DNA of 63,998 nucleotides, the filler included, from Sphacelaria rigidula (Eukaryota): the NCBI GenBank assembly GCA_964200075.2. It is 11 parts of 11 records of this genome, joined end to end, with 100 filler letters (N's around TTAATTAATTAA, not from the genome) between each part and the next. Parts side by side here need not be neighbours in the genome. Positions count along the whole stretch, not along the records: positions 58,272 to 63,998 come from CAXNAA020024928.1; 10 more parts are not named here. One strand, given 5' to 3'. The position numbers and the translations under genes were made by a program. The notes under the pieces were generated by a model. The model ran no database searches, had not been told where the DNA came from, and saw only the letters and a program-made list of their open reading frames with translations. Below are positions 61,930 through 63,998 of the stretch, in pieces; within the stretch, counting starts at the first letter, position 1, and each line of letters opens with the position of its first letter.

Positions 61930-63998
61930 ACAATTGAAAAATACAAACGCTTGAACTCAGAATGTGTGCAGTCCGTGCGGACTTACTGCTCTGTCTATTT
62001 GCGCGCGACGGGGAGGGTGGAAAACAGAAAAATCTAGCTTTCCCGACCGAAAACATGCGGAGGGGATGAGCGAACGGACACACACTTGACGCCCACGTCA
62101 CAGACCGCGAGAAGGGTCCGTGAAACATGTGGGTCGGGATATGTGGGCCCCGAGATTTAAACTTCTAGATTTCGAGGTAAGCGGGGGGGGCACTAAGGCT
62201 ACTATCCATTCGTTTACTGTCGAGGCGTTGGCGGATGCGATCAGCTGCCGGGTGTAGGAATGCTTGGTATGAGGGCAGCCGAGATGGTGGACACACCTCC
62301 CCTGCAAACTGGTCGCCTATCACGATAACATTGATGGGATCGTGTTCCGTGTGGTGTGCCTCGACTGCCGACCACTTCACACGCGGTCATTCCGGTGCCC
62401 CCAAAACCTCCTGTATCGCAATTTCCATCCTTCCGACGGTAAAATACCCTCTAGAGGCCATTCCATCCCCAGGTGCGGTCAACAACAGATCCTCTAGAGG
62501 GCATCTGATGTTTCAGTGAATTATGAGGTCTGAATTCCTTGAGAGTATGACAGCGACGATGGTGCTCTGGAGGGCCGCGCATCCTCCAAATTCCTCCGGA
62601 GGATGCGCGAGATGCAGAACAAGCCTCTGGAGACGTTTGATGTCACTCCTGTGGAGGGCAGCGCACCCTCTGGAGGCGTGTAATGCATCTGGAGACTCAA
62701 GGGTCGAATGGAACATAATATTTTTGGGTGTCAGAGTCCGACGGCGGCTTTATTTTTGTTCGTATTTCCAGAGTCTCGGTTACCCCAAAACATGCAAAAG
62801 ACATTACCTCACCTACCGCTCTGCTGACCCCGGAATGCCTCGATGCATGGCGTTCTGACGTGTGATGGCGGTGGACCCTCGTCGAGGGTCGACAGCCGCG
62901 CCCGCCCCGAATATGGATATCATATCGCAAAGCAACGATTAGAAATGACGGAGCCCAAGGTCACCCTTTGTCGCGGTGGTTCTGTCGTAGACTCCTCATC
63001 TCTTCCCAACAAAATATGACAGCACGAACTCGTCATCGGGTCGCGACATATCACTCTGGCACGTAGCAGGTGTTTTTGCACGCAATATCGCGTGCCAATA
63101 GGTCACGAATGTTCACGAGAAGTAGACAGAGCGTGCCAACAATGCCCCTGCAATGTCGGCTGACCGCAGCGAGTCGCTTGTGCGACCTACCACCGGAGGT
63201 AGCACACGAGACGTGTTCGTGTATGCCAGAATGTAAAATGCGGTGGTGGTTCCTGTATGAAAACTTCACGGTCGATGTATACGTGGATGAGCCTGCCCCG
63301 CTTGTTTTGCTGCGGTTTTTTCTAAACTCTCGAGGCAATTCAGAGACTGCCTCAAGTCCAAGTAGAAACTGGAGCATTCGAAGAGGCCCGTCCTGTTGAA
63401 CAAAACCCGCTACGGGTGACCGCTAATTCCCGCGGGCGTGTCTCCTCCGGCGCCGTGTTGTCGTTGTTGTGCGGACGTCGCAGGCTGGCATCAAACCACC
63501 CAGCCTTCAGAGCCTACGGGCGTGGAAGAAGACCGTTTGTGTCACTTCTCAGGAGGCGTTCCGAGCTGTACAGGAAATCTTCCAAGGCACGGACAAAAGC
63601 ATCACCACGAAGCAGGTATCACTCAATTTTTTGGGCCAGACACATTTCACGGTTGTCAGGGAAAGCCATGCGACAGCCCAAGCGCTCGCCGTCCATATCA
63701 TGGCAAGGTGCGAACGCAGTGGCATTATCAATGCAGAGCGTCACACTGAGTAGGTCCGTGTGTATGACGACACTGTCTTTGCGCGGGCAAGTCAGTAAAT
63801 TGTTTCGTCGAATCCCGCTAACTCTTCTGCCCCCCTCCCCCCCCCGTCCCCTGATGATATTAGGAGTACGTAGCGACATGACGAGGATGGAGTTTAAAAA
63901 GAAATGCGATGAAGCTGGGTTATACTGTTTGGCAACAGGAAAAGTAGAAAGGGAGGGAGAACACTTGCGAATCACGCTAAAACAGGGAGCGAGCAAGG

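Overview
Eukaryotic, repeat-rich DNA, most likely from a brown alga (Phaeophyceae, Ectocarpus/kelp-like). It is not one locus: ten artificial 100-bp spacers (N44-TTAATTAATTAA-N44) join eleven unrelated contigs of 5727-5728 bp, so nothing can be inferred across spacers. Host gene fragments: two spliced 3' exons of a dual-specificity phosphatase-like gene, the N-cap first exon of a brown-algal LRR gene, and the first exon of a probable plastid-targeted protein. Contig 4 carries an intronless, decayed RFC small-subunit gene and an HNH-like pseudogene, consistent with a giant-virus (phaeovirus-like) endogenous remnant. Mobile DNA: a two-LTR Ty3/gypsy element with ~97% identical LTRs but a ruined pol, a chromodomain-integrase remnant, a gag-like remnant, LINE/SINE remnants, and a multi-exon Sola-like (DUF7869-type) transposase. 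There are also many MITEs. The most notable are (i) a widespread family with AACA...TGTT ends, 4-bp TSDs and twin TGAGGTTCAA boxes at a fixed register, (ii) a TGT...ACA MITE carrying telomeric CCCTAA repeats, (iii) a GAG...CTC element with its empty site in the same contig, and (iv) near-perfect ~88-bp palindromic elements. All calls come from reading the sequence by eye; no database searches were run.
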